A stretch of 32,000 nucleotides of DNA from Cylindrospermopsis raciborskii Cr2010 (GTDB lineage Bacteria > Cyanobacteriota > Cyanobacteriia > Cyanobacteriales > Nostocaceae). Made by a program: the position numbers and the translations under genes. The stretch spans positions 2,160,001-2,192,000 of the forward strand of contig NZ_CP065936.1 of the NCBI RefSeq assembly GCF_003367075.2, written 5' to 3'. The notes below the pieces were generated by a model, which saw only the letters and a program-made list of their open reading frames with translations, ran no database searches and was not told the origin of the DNA. Below are positions 19,284-28,129 of the stretch, one piece after another. Position 1 is the stretch's first letter. Each line of letters begins with the position of its first letter.

Positions 19284-19708
19284 TCAGAGCTAATAATTTC
19301 TACATAACGGGAGTTATCTTTTTCATAAGTCAGAATCAGCTTTAAATAGCTATGAGGTAGGTATGGCATGCGTTCAGGCCATTCAATAGCCACAATTCCC
19401 GGGGTAGTGTCTATTCCTTCCCAGTAGTTTTCTAAATAGAGATTGGCTACGTCCTGAGGTTCTAAGCGATACAAATCCAGGTGATAAAGAGGTAGAATGC
19501 CATCAGTGTATTCATTAATTAGGGTAAAGGTAGGACTGACAATTGGGTCACTGATACCTAAACCTTCCCCTATAGCTTGCACCAGAGTAGTTTTACCTGC
19601 ACCTAAATCGCCCTGTAATAAAATTACCGTACCTGGCTTCAGGGTTTTTGCCAAATTAATGCCAAATTCCCGTGTAGCTTTTGCATCTTGCAGGTAGATC
19701 CTAGTCAT
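19268..19708 (-). CDS. tsaE: tRNA t6A37 biosynthesis ATPase TsaE (YjeE)
   Basis: The Walker A motif GDLGAGKTTLVQ, then SPTFTLINEY and HLDLYRL, are present. The protein is 146 aa. Confidence 0.88.
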   Translation of the reverse strand: MTRIYLQDAKATREFGINLAKTLKPGTVILLQGDLGAGKTTLVQAIGEGLGISDPIVSPTFTLINEYTDGILPLYHLDLYRLEPQDVANLYLENYWEGIDTTPGIVAIEWPERMPYLPHSYLKLILTYEKDNSRYVEIISSDYLDK

Positions 19709-19726
19709 AAGAATAATTTGTGGATC

Positions 19727-21097
19727 CTATTTTTTACTCGCAGCACCATACCATTTTAATAGAACCCTAGCCAGTTTTTGGGGGTCATGACGAACAAAAC
19801 CCGTTTCGTCCTCATATAGTATATTAGCAGGGACAATGCGTCTTCCTAGTTGGGAAATAGCTTCCGTGTCCAGAAATACCGGGTGGGAATTTTGCTGAGC
19901 ATAGCGGATTAAAGCTTGAGCCGAGGGACTTCTTCTATGTACCAGGACAGCATCGAAAAGTTTGCGATCGCCACAAGCATGGTCAATAGCCCGAATGTGT
20001 TCAGATACACTGTAGCCTTCCGTTTCTCCTGGTTGGGTCATAATATTACAGATATAAATGCGAGGTACATTAGCAGAGGCGATCGCCTGAGTGATTTCAG
20101 GTACTAGCAAGTTAGGGATGAGGCTGGTATATAAACTACCAGGTCCAATAATAATATAATCAGCATTGCGAATAGCCTTAATAGCTGCGGGTATGGCAGG
20201 AGGATTAGCGGGAATACAGCCAATCTTGACAATTTTACCTCCAGCCTTAGGAATACTAGATTCCCCTTCTATACGACGACCATCAGCCATTTCCGCCCAA
20301 AGGCGAACATCACTCAAGGTAGCAGGTAGAACCTGTCCTCTAACCGCCAATACTTTAGAGCTAGCTGCCACTGCTCGTTCTAAATCGCCGGTGATGTCAC
20401 TCATAGCAGTTAAGAACAAATTACCAAAGCTGTGTCCTGTTAGTCCATCACCAGCTCGAAAACGATATTGAAATAATTCAGTTAATAACTTTTCCTCATC
20501 TGCAAGAGCAGCTAAACAATTGCGAATATCACCGGGTGGTAAAACACCGAATTCCTGACGTAACCTACCGGAAGATCCACCATCATCAGCAACAGTGACA
20601 ATCGCAGTAATATTGGCGCTATAGGTTTTTAGTCCCCTTAGTAGGGTAGAAAGTCCAGTACCACCACCAACAACCACAATTTTTGGACCTCGATACAAAC
20701 GATGATGTGCTAAAATCACATCTATGAGTTCCTCTTGGGATCCCTGTGGTCTTAAAACTTGAGTAATAGAACCCACCGTGCGAGATTGTCCCCACAGCAC
20801 TAGGAGTCCACCCAATAACAAAACTAAGGGTCCACTCACATAATGGGGTAAAATGTCTGTTAAAAGGGCCAATAAACCCTTGAGTAACTCTAAGATCCAA
20901 AAGATGGGGGTTAGCTTCATCCAAATGGCCAAACCTAAAATGGCTAGGAGGACACCGCTGACAGTGACCATAAACCACCGTTTAACCGATATTCCAGGAG
21001 ATAACCATTTAAACCATTGGTTGACCCGATGGGTAGTGCTGCTATATGGTTGGTTGTGTATAGCATTAATAGCCTGTTTCAGAAAACCGATGGACAT
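19727..21097 (-). CDS. YvcK/CofD-like (UPF0052, gluconeogenesis-factor family) protein with N-terminal membrane region
   Basis: [20 protein letters not shown] and [25 protein letters not shown] are family signatures. About 110 N-terminal residues contain 2-3 hydrophobic helices. The stop is only 18 bp upstream of tsaE. Confidence 0.85.
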   Translation of the reverse strand: MSIGFLKQAINAIHNQPYSSTTHRVNQWFKWLSPGISVKRWFMVTVSGVLLAILGLAIWMKLTPIFWILELLKGLLALLTDILPHYVSGPLVLLLGGLLVLWGQSRTVGSITQVLRPQGSQEELIDVILAHHRLYRGPKIVVVGGGTGLSTLLRGLKTYSANITAIVTVADDGGSSGRLRQEFGVLPPGDIRNCLAALADEEKLLTELFQYRFRAGDGLTGHSFGNLFLTAMSDITGDLERAVAASSKVLAVRGQVLPATLSDVRLWAEMADGRRIEGESSIPKAGGKIVKIGCIPANPPAIPAAIKAIRNADYIIIGPGSLYTSLIPNLLVPEITQAIASANVPRIYICNIMTQPGETEGYSVSEHIRAIDHACGDRKLFDAVLVHRRSPSAQALIRYAQQNSHPVFLDTEAISQLGRRIVPANILYEDETGFVRHDPQKLARVLLKWYGAASKK

Positions 21098-21245
21098 ACC
21101 TAAAAATGGAGTATGGTACAGGAAGTGTTTAAAATTATATACTATCTGGTATTTAATCCTTCACGATTTGGCCATTGCTAACCGGAAACTCCCAACCAAG
21201 TCCTGGGTCAACCAAATTTCTATCCAGAAACCGGAATTATTATTT

Positions 21246-21746
21246 ATGACACGGCAAATTTTAGGATTAGATCCAGGATTAGCAATAGTCGGGTTTGGTG
21301 CGATTTCCCTGGAGCAAAGGTCAGCCAAAATGTCGGATACCACCATAAAAATGGTTGATTTCGGTGTGATTCGCACCCCCTCTGATATGGAAATCACCCA
21401 ACGACTATGTACCTTATTTGATGATTTACACACCCTCCTAGACCAACTACAACCAGATGTAGTTGCTATTGAAAGGTTGTTTTTTTACCGAATGGCCAAC
21501 ACAATTTTAGTAGCACAAGCAAGAGGTGTGATCATGTTGGTTTTGGGACAACGGAGACTTCCCTATTTGGAGTTTGCCCCTCCCCAAATTAAACAGGCTT
21601 TAACCAGTTATGGCAAAGCTGAAAAGATAGAAGTACAAGAGGCTGTGATGCGGGAGTTAGATTTAGAAGAAATTCCTCAACCTGATGATGCAGCAGATGC
21701 CCTAGCTTTAGCTTTAACCGCTGCATTTAAATTAACAGATGACTAA
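21246..21746 (+). CDS. ruvC: Holliday-junction resolvase RuvC
   Basis: [18 protein letters not shown]..., VVAIERLFF and [12 protein letters not shown] are present, carrying the RuvC catalytic acidic residues. The track ORF begins at 20853, but that extension is antisense to yvcK. Confidence 0.88.
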   Translation: MTRQILGLDPGLAIVGFGAISLEQRSAKMSDTTIKMVDFGVIRTPSDMEITQRLCTLFDDLHTLLDQLQPDVVAIERLFFYRMANTILVAQARGVIMLVLGQRRLPYLEFAPPQIKQALTSYGKAEKIEVQEAVMRELDLEEIPQPDDAADALALALTAAFKLTDD

Positions 21747-21774
21747 TATAAACATGAGGCAGTAAAATTTGAAT

Positions 21775-22380
21775 ATGGATATAGATAGGAACTCCACCAG
21801 AAAAACTCAGAAATTGCCCAAGCAAGATCTTGCGGTCAAAATATTTCACAGTTTGAATATAGTCAGTCTTTTTCTGATGATTACTAGTGGACTACAAATT
21901 TACAATGCCAATCCGGTTTTTGGTGGTCGTGGAGGATTACACATTCCCCCTATTTTTACCTTAGGAGCTTGGTTAGCAGGGGGTAGACACTGGCATTTTG
22001 CAGCTATGTGGCTATTTTCAGTGAATCTTTTTAGCTATGGAATGTACATTTTATTGACCAGACGTTGGCAACACAGATTTGTGGGGAATAATGACATTAA
22101 AGCCTTGCAGAAAACCGACAATATTAAACGTCTTACCTATAGCTGGCATCGGATTGTTTACACAGCTATTATCCCCATTCTTTTGTTAGCAATATGCACG
22201 GGTATGGGGATGTATAAACCAGCCCAATTTCCATGGCTAGTGGATATATTTGGCAACTGGCAAGGATTAAGAATTGTGCATTTTGCTTCCGTACCGTTGA
22301 TAATTATATTTGTAGTCATTCATTGGCAACTAGGTAAAAGAGCAGGAGGAGATAAATTAATTGAATCCATGTTTTGGTAG
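21775..22380 (+). CDS. Membrane b-type cytochrome (PhsC / hydrogenase-cytochrome-b-like), probable redox partner of the next gene
   Basis: There are four predicted transmembrane helices with conserved His (HSLN.., HWHF, HRIV, HFAS..IHW). The gene lies 41 bp upstream of the Mo-oxidoreductase gene. The track start is TTG 21769, but ATG 21775 is likelier. Confidence 0.5.
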   Translation: MDIDRNSTRKTQKLPKQDLAVKIFHSLNIVSLFLMITSGLQIYNANPVFGGRGGLHIPPIFTLGAWLAGGRHWHFAAMWLFSVNLFSYGMYILLTRRWQHRFVGNNDIKALQKTDNIKRLTYSWHRIVYTAIIPILLLAICTGMGMYKPAQFPWLVDIFGNWQGLRIVHFASVPLIIIFVVIHWQLGKRAGGDKLIESMFW

Positions 22381-22421
22381 ACTGGTATTTTTAATTAATT
22401 GAAAATCATTGAACCATAATC

Positions 22422-23171
22422 ATGAACCATAATCAAAAGGAAATAGAAAGAGAGCTAATTAAGGTCATCAATCCGGAAGTATCCCGCCGTCAGTTTTTAA
22501 AAACATGGGGAATTTCAGGTATGGGTTTTTTCCTAACTGGTTGTGGTACACCAGCATTAGAAGACTTAGTGGGCAAAATATCAGAACCATGGAATCAAAA
22601 AGTTGAGCAGTTAATATTTCAACCACAAAAACCAGTACCGGAATTTAGCTCCAATCAAATTGAACCAAAATCCCTAATCATTAACAGCTTTCGGGGTACA
22701 CCGATTATTGACCTAGAAAAATATCGTCTGATTATTGACGGTCAAGTTAATCATCCCCTAAACCTGAATATGAGGGAAATTCAAAGTTTACCTTACACAT
22801 CCATGATTATTCGTCATGTTTGTGTAGAGGGATGGGCGGCCATTGTACAATGGGGAGGGGTTCGTCTGCGTGATTTACTTGCTTTGGCTCAACCCCATGT
22901 AAATGCAAAGTACGTATATTTTCAATCAGCAGATGGTTATTACGAGAGTTGGGATTTACCTTCTGTCACCCATCCACAAACCTTGTTGGCCTACGAAAAA
23001 AATGGCGAGAAATTACCCAGAGAAAATGGCGCGCCCTTGCGATTAGCTACACCAATTAAATTGGGTTATAAACAAAGTAAATGGGTAACAAGAGTGACCT
23101 TAACTTCTGAACTAACAAATTTTAAAGGTTATTGGGAAGACCAAGGTTATGAGTGGTTTGCAGGATTGTAA
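22422..23171 (+). CDS. Sulfite-oxidase-family molybdopterin oxidoreductase (short YedY/MsrP-like), Tat signal plus lipobox
   Basis: A twin-arginine motif SRRQFLK is followed by a hydrophobic stretch and LTGC (Cys41). The oxidoreductase molybdopterin-binding core includes HVCVEGWAAIVQWGGVRLRDLL and ENGAPLRLATP..GYKQSKWV. Confidence 0.75.
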   Translation: MNHNQKEIERELIKVINPEVSRRQFLKTWGISGMGFFLTGCGTPALEDLVGKISEPWNQKVEQLIFQPQKPVPEFSSNQIEPKSLIINSFRGTPIIDLEKYRLIIDGQVNHPLNLNMREIQSLPYTSMIIRHVCVEGWAAIVQWGGVRLRDLLALAQPHVNAKYVYFQSADGYYESWDLPSVTHPQTLLAYEKNGEKLPRENGAPLRLATPIKLGYKQSKWVTRVTLTSELTNFKGYWEDQGYEWFAGL

Positions 23172-23210
23172 GTAAGAACAGTTCAAATAAAATACAATGG
23201 TGGGTGAAAA

Positions 23211-24641
23211 ATGATTTTTTTAGATAAATTAAACCAAAATATTACTGACAAACAGAGTCTGTTTTTTGTAGGACTTGACCCTAACCCAGAAATGATTCCA
23301 GAGCGTTATCAAGGCTCTGATTTGCTCGCCAGTTTAGAGAACTGGTTACAATTTGTGATTGCGGAAACTGCAGATTTTGTTTGTGCTTACAAACCTACCC
23401 TGGGCTTTTATCAAGCTCTAGGAGTCAGAGGTATAGAACTGTTAATCAAAATAATGGCATCTATTCCCGGGGAAGTTCCCATTATTTTAGATGCTAAACA
23501 TGGCGATCTCAATACTACCAGCATGTTTGCCCATTCCATATTTGTAGATTGGGAAGTTGACGCGGTAACATTAAATCCTTATGCTGGACAAGACCATATT
23601 GCACCATTTTTAGTATATCCCGATAAAGCTGTCTTTATTTTATGCTGTACTTCTAATCCTAGTGCAGCTATTTTACAACAATACCCTACTACTTCTCCCT
23701 TTTATTTGCAAGTAGTCCAAGAGTCCAAAACTTGGGGAACTCCTGAACAGTTATGTTTGGAAGTAGGAACAACCAATCCTGAAATTTTAAAATCTATTCG
23801 CGCTGTCGCACCAGAAAGAATAATCATGGTACGAAGTGTTTGGTCACAAGAGAATAGTATTCAACCAATTTTGGCAGCGGGTTTAGACAATCATGGTGAT
23901 GGATTGTTAATTCCGGTTCCTCAAGATATGTTAAGCAGCACTAACCTATCCCAGGAAATTCGCTCTCTAAGGACGGAATTGAACCAAATTAGAAGCGATT
24001 TGATTAATTCTACTTCTAGTTGTGATGTGTGGTTTCCCGATGTCAATATAAAGGATAAACACCCCCATCAGGACTTAATTCTACAACTTTTTGACATTGG
24101 TTGTATCATGTTTGGGGAGTTTATTCAAGCATCGGGAGCCATATTTCCCTATTATATTGACTTGCGGAAAATTATTTCCAATCCCCAGGTATTTAGTCAG
24201 GTGATTGGTGCTTATGAGAAAATACTAGCTGGTTTGACTTTTGACCGATTAGCTGGTATTCCCTATGGTTCTCTACCTACTGCAACCGGGTTGTCATTAA
24301 GATTAGGTTATCCCATGATTTTTCCCCGCAAGGAGGTGAAAGCACATGGTACACGCAAAGCGATTGAAGGAAATTTTCTTCCCGGAGAAACCATCGCAGT
24401 GGTTGATGATATTCTTATTAGTGGTAAAAGTGTAATGGAAGGAGCTGAAAAAATTAAATCTGTGGGATTAAGGGTCAATGATATTGTAGTTTTCATTGAC
24501 CACGAAAAGGGAGTGAAAGACAAACTAAAAGAAAACGGTTATTGTGGTCATTCAGTATTAACTATTTCCGAAATTGTTAATACTTTACATGAAGCAGGAA
24601 GAATTAATCAACAGCAGTTGTTGGCTTTTCAACAAGAGTAG
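23211..24641 (+). CDS. pyrF/pyrE: Bifunctional orotidine-5'-phosphate decarboxylase / orotate phosphoribosyltransferase (PyrF-PyrE fusion)
   Basis: The N-terminal half is type-2 OMP decarboxylase (FVGLDPNPEM, ILDAKHGDLNTT). The C-terminal half is a PRTase (PYYIDLR, PRPP loop VVDDILISGKSVMEG). It is a single 476-aa ORF. Confidence 0.85.
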   Translation: MIFLDKLNQNITDKQSLFFVGLDPNPEMIPERYQGSDLLASLENWLQFVIAETADFVCAYKPTLGFYQALGVRGIELLIKIMASIPGEVPIILDAKHGDLNTTSMFAHSIFVDWEVDAVTLNPYAGQDHIAPFLVYPDKAVFILCCTSNPSAAILQQYPTTSPFYLQVVQESKTWGTPEQLCLEVGTTNPEILKSIRAVAPERIIMVRSVWSQENSIQPILAAGLDNHGDGLLIPVPQDMLSSTNLSQEIRSLRTELNQIRSDLINSTSSCDVWFPDVNIKDKHPHQDLILQLFDIGCIMFGEFIQASGAIFPYYIDLRKIISNPQVFSQVIGAYEKILAGLTFDRLAGIPYGSLPTATGLSLRLGYPMIFPRKEVKAHGTRKAIEGNFLPGETIAVVDDILISGKSVMEGAEKIKSVGLRVNDIVVFIDHEKGVKDKLKENGYCGHSVLTISEIVNTLHEAGRINQQQLLAFQQE

Positions 24642-24667
24642 TTGCAATCTTCCCATCTTTTTAGTTC

Positions 24668-25309
24668 TTAACTACCGTAAGGTAAGGATGAGTGATGCAA
24701 TATAATACGTAACTTACCGCTACTATCTTTTATGAAACCCCAAGTTTTATCCACGCTTGTAACCTTACCAGACTTGTCAGTCAACACCACAGTTGCTAGA
24801 CTCATGGCCGTGTCACCATTAATGAAAATTCCAGCATTACGGATTTCTACTTTACGCCACCCTTTGAGAGCAAAACCACTATCGGAGGGGAATGCAGGAT
24901 CACCACCAACAAAGTAAGCAAGAGCACCTTGGCGTGTGGTGCGGTATGTTTGTGGTGGTTTTGCTAAAGTTGGTTTAAACAATACTGCTCCAAACTGATA
25001 GCCATAAGCTTGGTCAATAATTTTTCCTGCTAATTCCCTAGCAGCAGCTATTCCCTTTTGTTCATAGGTAGTGCTGATACTAACTAATGCATCTCCCCAA
25101 GCCTTTTGAGCAGCTAATACCTGTGCCTCAGTAATAGATATATTAATTACTCTTGGTTTTTCAATGGATGCAGCTGGGCGGGTATTAGTTGTATTAGTTT
25201 GGGCATTAGCAATATTTGAGTTTGCAACTGGACTAGCAATCAACAATGCGATCGCAGCTGCGGTGACAGAAATATTGGTATGTAAATTCTTTCGGAAGTT
25301 AGGTTGCAT
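24668..25309 (-). CDS. Secreted hypothetical protein, possibly NTF2-like fold (213 aa)
   Basis: The likely start is ATG 25309 (MQPNFRKNLHTNISVTAAAIALLIASPVANSNIANAQ), which gives a signal peptide. The mature part (AQKAWGDALVSIS...DKTWGFIKDSSGKLRIILHHSSLPY) resembles small alpha+beta cone folds. That fold assignment is a guess. Confidence 0.55.
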   Translation of the reverse strand: MQPNFRKNLHTNISVTAAAIALLIASPVANSNIANAQTNTTNTRPAASIEKPRVINISITEAQVLAAQKAWGDALVSISTTYEQKGIAAARELAGKIIDQAYGYQFGAVLFKPTLAKPPQTYRTTRQGALAYFVGGDPAFPSDSGFALKGWRKVEIRNAGIFINGDTAMSLATVVLTDKSGKVTSVDKTWGFIKDSSGKLRIILHHSSLPYGS

Positions 25310-25591
25310 ATTATAGAGTAAATTAAATGACCTTGACAATCTACCACAATCCCAAAATTGAGTCCAATAGTTATCATCTATGATTACCATCAATGAGTAA
25401 AACTTGGGAACAAATGGGCTTTTTTTGCCTTTTTTACCAAATTTGGGTGAAATCGTAGTCATTGTTACATCCACTGAAAAAAACCGTGGTTAACATGAAA
25501 AAAACTTAGTACCGAGAGAAAGCATTTTGACAGCAACTTTTGAAAACTCTCCTGTTAGTACCTTTGCAACCGCTCATTAATGTCTACCCAA

Positions 25592-25622
25592 ACCTACCCA
25601 GATTGTTAATATCTGGGTAGGT
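25592..25622. repeat. Perfect 12-bp inverted repeat ACCTACCCAGAT-N7-ATCTGGGTAGGT
   Basis: I read this directly from the sequence. The left arm is preceded by a further copy of CTACCCA (25585-25591). It lies in a 538-bp non-coding region. Confidence 0.8.
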
Positions 25623-25847
25623 GGGGTGAGCGTGCATGACTCTGCCATAAAAAAGAGTTACCTACCATCAGGTAAATTAACTCCAGTTTGTAGCTCTGTC
25701 GGTAACTTCAACAAAAGGCGAGACATCTTAGAAAACCCCAAATTTTAGGTCAAATTTTAAATAGGAGCTGATGTTTTTCCACAATTTTCCTTGAAATCTA
25801 TATTTTTGCCCTCACACGACTGTGTATAATATTCCAAGGAGTTGGCG

Positions 25848-26105
25848 ATGATTCGACAAATGTGTTGGTTATCTAAATTTAGCGGTGATGGGGAGAAAAT
25901 CTTACACCTGCAAATTGCTGCAGGTCAACCATGGCGACCTTATACAGCTTTTCCGCAATTTTCCGTTCCTGATTATCCCATACCTGGTGGGTCTAAGGGG
26001 TGGGCAACCTATCAGAAACTATTGAAAGCGGGTTGGACCTTGGTTCCCAGTGCTAGAGCAGAGGAGTTTAGTCGTGATTTAGTGGAGTCAAGTATACAGA
26101 AATAA
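25848..26105 (+). CDS. Small hypothetical protein (85 aa from ATG 25848)
   Basis: A TATAAT at 25825-30 and AAGGAG at 25836-41 precede the start. The track uses TTG at 25842. The translation MIRQMCWLSKF...GWATYQKLLKAGWTLVPS matches no family I recognise. Confidence 0.5.
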   Translation: MIRQMCWLSKFSGDGEKILHLQIAAGQPWRPYTAFPQFSVPDYPIPGGSKGWATYQKLLKAGWTLVPSARAEEFSRDLVESSIQK

Positions 26106-26233
26106 TTTAACCATACTAAAAATAGCCACATCTTTACCATGGGGAGTATATTAAAAATATGCTTAGCATTTCCTCATGGTGCTATTTTGAGTAATTTTGG
26201 TAGCCATTGTGGGAATTAATACAAGTTAAAATT

Positions 26234-28129
26234 ATGCCACAGGACTTATCACCCCTTTGGATATCTCTAAGAACCTCCGGTTTAGCAACCCTCATTACCT
26301 TTTTTTTAGGTATTGCTGCTGCTTACTGGATGTTAGGATATCAGGGTAAGGGAAAATCTCTGATTGAGGGAATATTGATTTCTCCCCTAATTCTACCACC
26401 CACAGTTGTGGGTTTTTTGTTGTTACTATTTTTTGGTAAACATGGTTTTGGTGGTAGACTACTACAGTCTTTTAACATCACAGTTGTTTTTACCTGGTAT
26501 GGTGCTGCTATAGCTGCAACAGTGGTTTCCTTCCCCTTAATGTATAGAACTGCTTTAGGTGCTTTTAATCAAATTGATGCTAATTTATTGCGAGTAGCAA
26601 GAACCCTAGGTGCTGGGGAGTGGAAGATATTTTGGCGAGTTAGTTTACCTTTGGCTTTTCCTGGAATTTTGGCCGGTGCAACATTAGCTTTTGCTCGTGC
26701 TTTGGGGGAATTTGGTGCTACTTTAATGATAGCTGGTAATATTCCTGGACAAACCCAGAATATACCAATGGCAATCTATTTTGCTGTGGAAGCTGGAGAT
26801 ACACAAGAAGCTTGGTTTTGGGCTGTATTTATTTTGTCAATCTCTTTGTCAGGGATAATGCTGACTAATTTTTGGCAAGAAACGAAACATTTTGTCAATT
26901 CTCAGATTACTTCCCAGGTTAGTGGTGAGAATTTTCTCGACCAGGGTTTTCAAAAATCTGCGGAAGTTTCAGAATCTTCACAATTATGGGGATTACAAAA
27001 TACTTCTTTTGATCCAGTTGATAATTTAAGTGTTGCCCAATTATTCATAGATATCGAGAAAAAATTGCCCAGTTTTCATTTACGGGTGAATTTTACCACC
27101 GATAATCAACCTTTGGGTTTACTGGGTGGTTCCGGTGCGGGAAAAAGTATGATTTTGCGTTGTCTAGCAGGAATTGAAACACCCTCTCAGGGAAAAATTA
27201 TCCTCAATGGTAGAGTTTTATTTGATTCAGAGCAAGGTATTAATCTTCCTAGTCGTGACCGAAAAATTGGGTTTTTATTTCAGAATTATGCCCTGTTTCC
27301 CCATCTGAATGTGGCTCAAAATATTGCTTTTGGTTTACCTACAGGATTATCCTCCCATCAGGTTAAATTACAGGTAGAAAAACAATTAGGGGATATGCAG
27401 TTATGGAGTTTAGGTAATCGCTATCCCCACCAACTTTCTGGAGGACAACAACAAAGAGTAGCTCTAGCTAGAGCTTTGGCCAGTCACCCAGAAGCACTAC
27501 TGTTAGATGAGCCCTTTTCCGCTCTTGATACCTATTTACGCAGTCATTTAGAGCAACAAATGACAGAGACTTTAGCTGATTATGCTGGCGTGACTTTATT
27601 TGTCACCCACAATATGGAAGAAGCTTATCGGATTTGTCCTAATTTATTGGTTTTGGAAGGAGGCAAAATAGCACAATATGGATCCAAATCTGAGATTTTT
27701 CAACACCCAGTAACTATTAATGTTGCTAAAATTACCGGTTGTAAAAATTTCTCTCCTGCTATTATCACCAGTTCTCAAACTGTGGAAGCAGTAGATTGGG
27801 GTTGTGTTTTGGAAGTTGAGGAGTTTTGTGCCAATCAACTATCTGATGTTCCATCTCATGTTGGTATTCGGGCCCATCAAATAGTTTTTAAAAACAACCT
27901 CCCACAAAAAGATCTCCCCAGCAAAAACATCTTTCCCTGTTGGTTGGTGAGAAGTAGTGAAACTCCCCACCGGGTAACTTTATTTTTAAAGTTATATTCA
28001 CCAGGAAAAAATATCCATGACTATCACCTACAAGCGGAAGTTTATAAAGAAAAATGGGCGACAATAAAAGACCAAGATTTCCCTTGGTATATATATTTAG
28101 ACCCTCACAGACTAATGTTAATGCAGTAG
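26234..28129 (+). CDS. modBC: Molybdate ABC transporter, fused permease-ATPase (ModB-ModC)
   Basis: The N-terminal ~225 aa is a ModB/CysT-type permease with the EAA loop ARTLGAGEWKIFWRVSLPLAFPG. After a ~70-aa linker comes an ABC ATPase with Walker A GGSGAGKS, the signature LSGGQQQRVALARAL and Walker B LLLDEP. A C-terminal TOBE-like domain follows. The likely start is ATG 26234. Confidence 0.8.
   Translation: MPQDLSPLWISLRTSGLATLITFFLGIAAAYWMLGYQGKGKSLIEGILISPLILPPTVVGFLLLLFFGKHGFGGRLLQSFNITVVFTWYGAAIAATVVSFPLMYRTALGAFNQIDANLLRVARTLGAGEWKIFWRVSLPLAFPGILAGATLAFARALGEFGATLMIAGNIPGQTQNIPMAIYFAVEAGDTQEAWFWAVFILSISLSGIMLTNFWQETKHFVNSQITSQVSGENFLDQGFQKSAEVSESSQLWGLQNTSFDPVDNLSVAQLFIDIEKKLPSFHLRVNFTTDNQPLGLLGGSGAGKSMILRCLAGIETPSQGKIILNGRVLFDSEQGINLPSRDRKIGFLFQNYALFPHLNVAQNIAFGLPTGLSSHQVKLQVEKQLGDMQLWSLGNRYPHQLSGGQQQRVALARALASHPEALLLDEPFSALDTYLRSHLEQQMTETLADYAGVTLFVTHNMEEAYRICPNLLVLEGGKIAQYGSKSEIFQHPVTINVAKITGCKNFSPAIITSSQTVEAVDWGCVLEVEEFCANQLSDVPSHVGIRAHQIVFKNNLPQKDLPSKNIFPCWLVRSSETPHRVTLFLKLYSPGKNIHDYHLQAEVYKEKWATIKDQDFPWYIYLDPHRLMLMQ

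Noticed and set aside
19497-20978. Track ORFs 19497-19697, 19916-20107 and 20166-20471 (+), and 20619-20978 (-)
   Set aside because: They are antisense or out of frame within tsaE and the yvcK-like gene.
21115-21129. LexA-box-like GGTACAGGAAGTGTT upstream of ruvC
   Set aside because: It matches the first half of the cyanobacterial RGTAC-N3-DGTWCB box, but the second half (AGTGTT) has two mismatches. That is too weak to call without comparative or binding data.
20853-21245. N-terminal 131 aa of the 297-aa track ORF that ends as RuvC
   Set aside because: This part is antisense to the yvcK-like gene and its promoter region and has no RuvC similarity. RuvC homology begins at [11 protein letters not shown] (ATG 21246).
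25310-25474. 55-aa N-terminal extension of ORF 24668-25474
   Set aside because: The extension (MDVTMTTISPKFGKKGKK...) precedes a textbook signal peptide that starts at Met56. The start at 25309 is far more plausible.
25475-26233. Molybdenum-cofactor riboswitch or ModE-type operator upstream of modBC
   Set aside because: I could not recognise the Moco-RNA conserved core or an E. coli-type ModE site by eye. The palindromes present (25592-25622 and ATGCTTAGCAT at 26159-26169) do not resemble either. I left them as unexplained structure rather than a named element.
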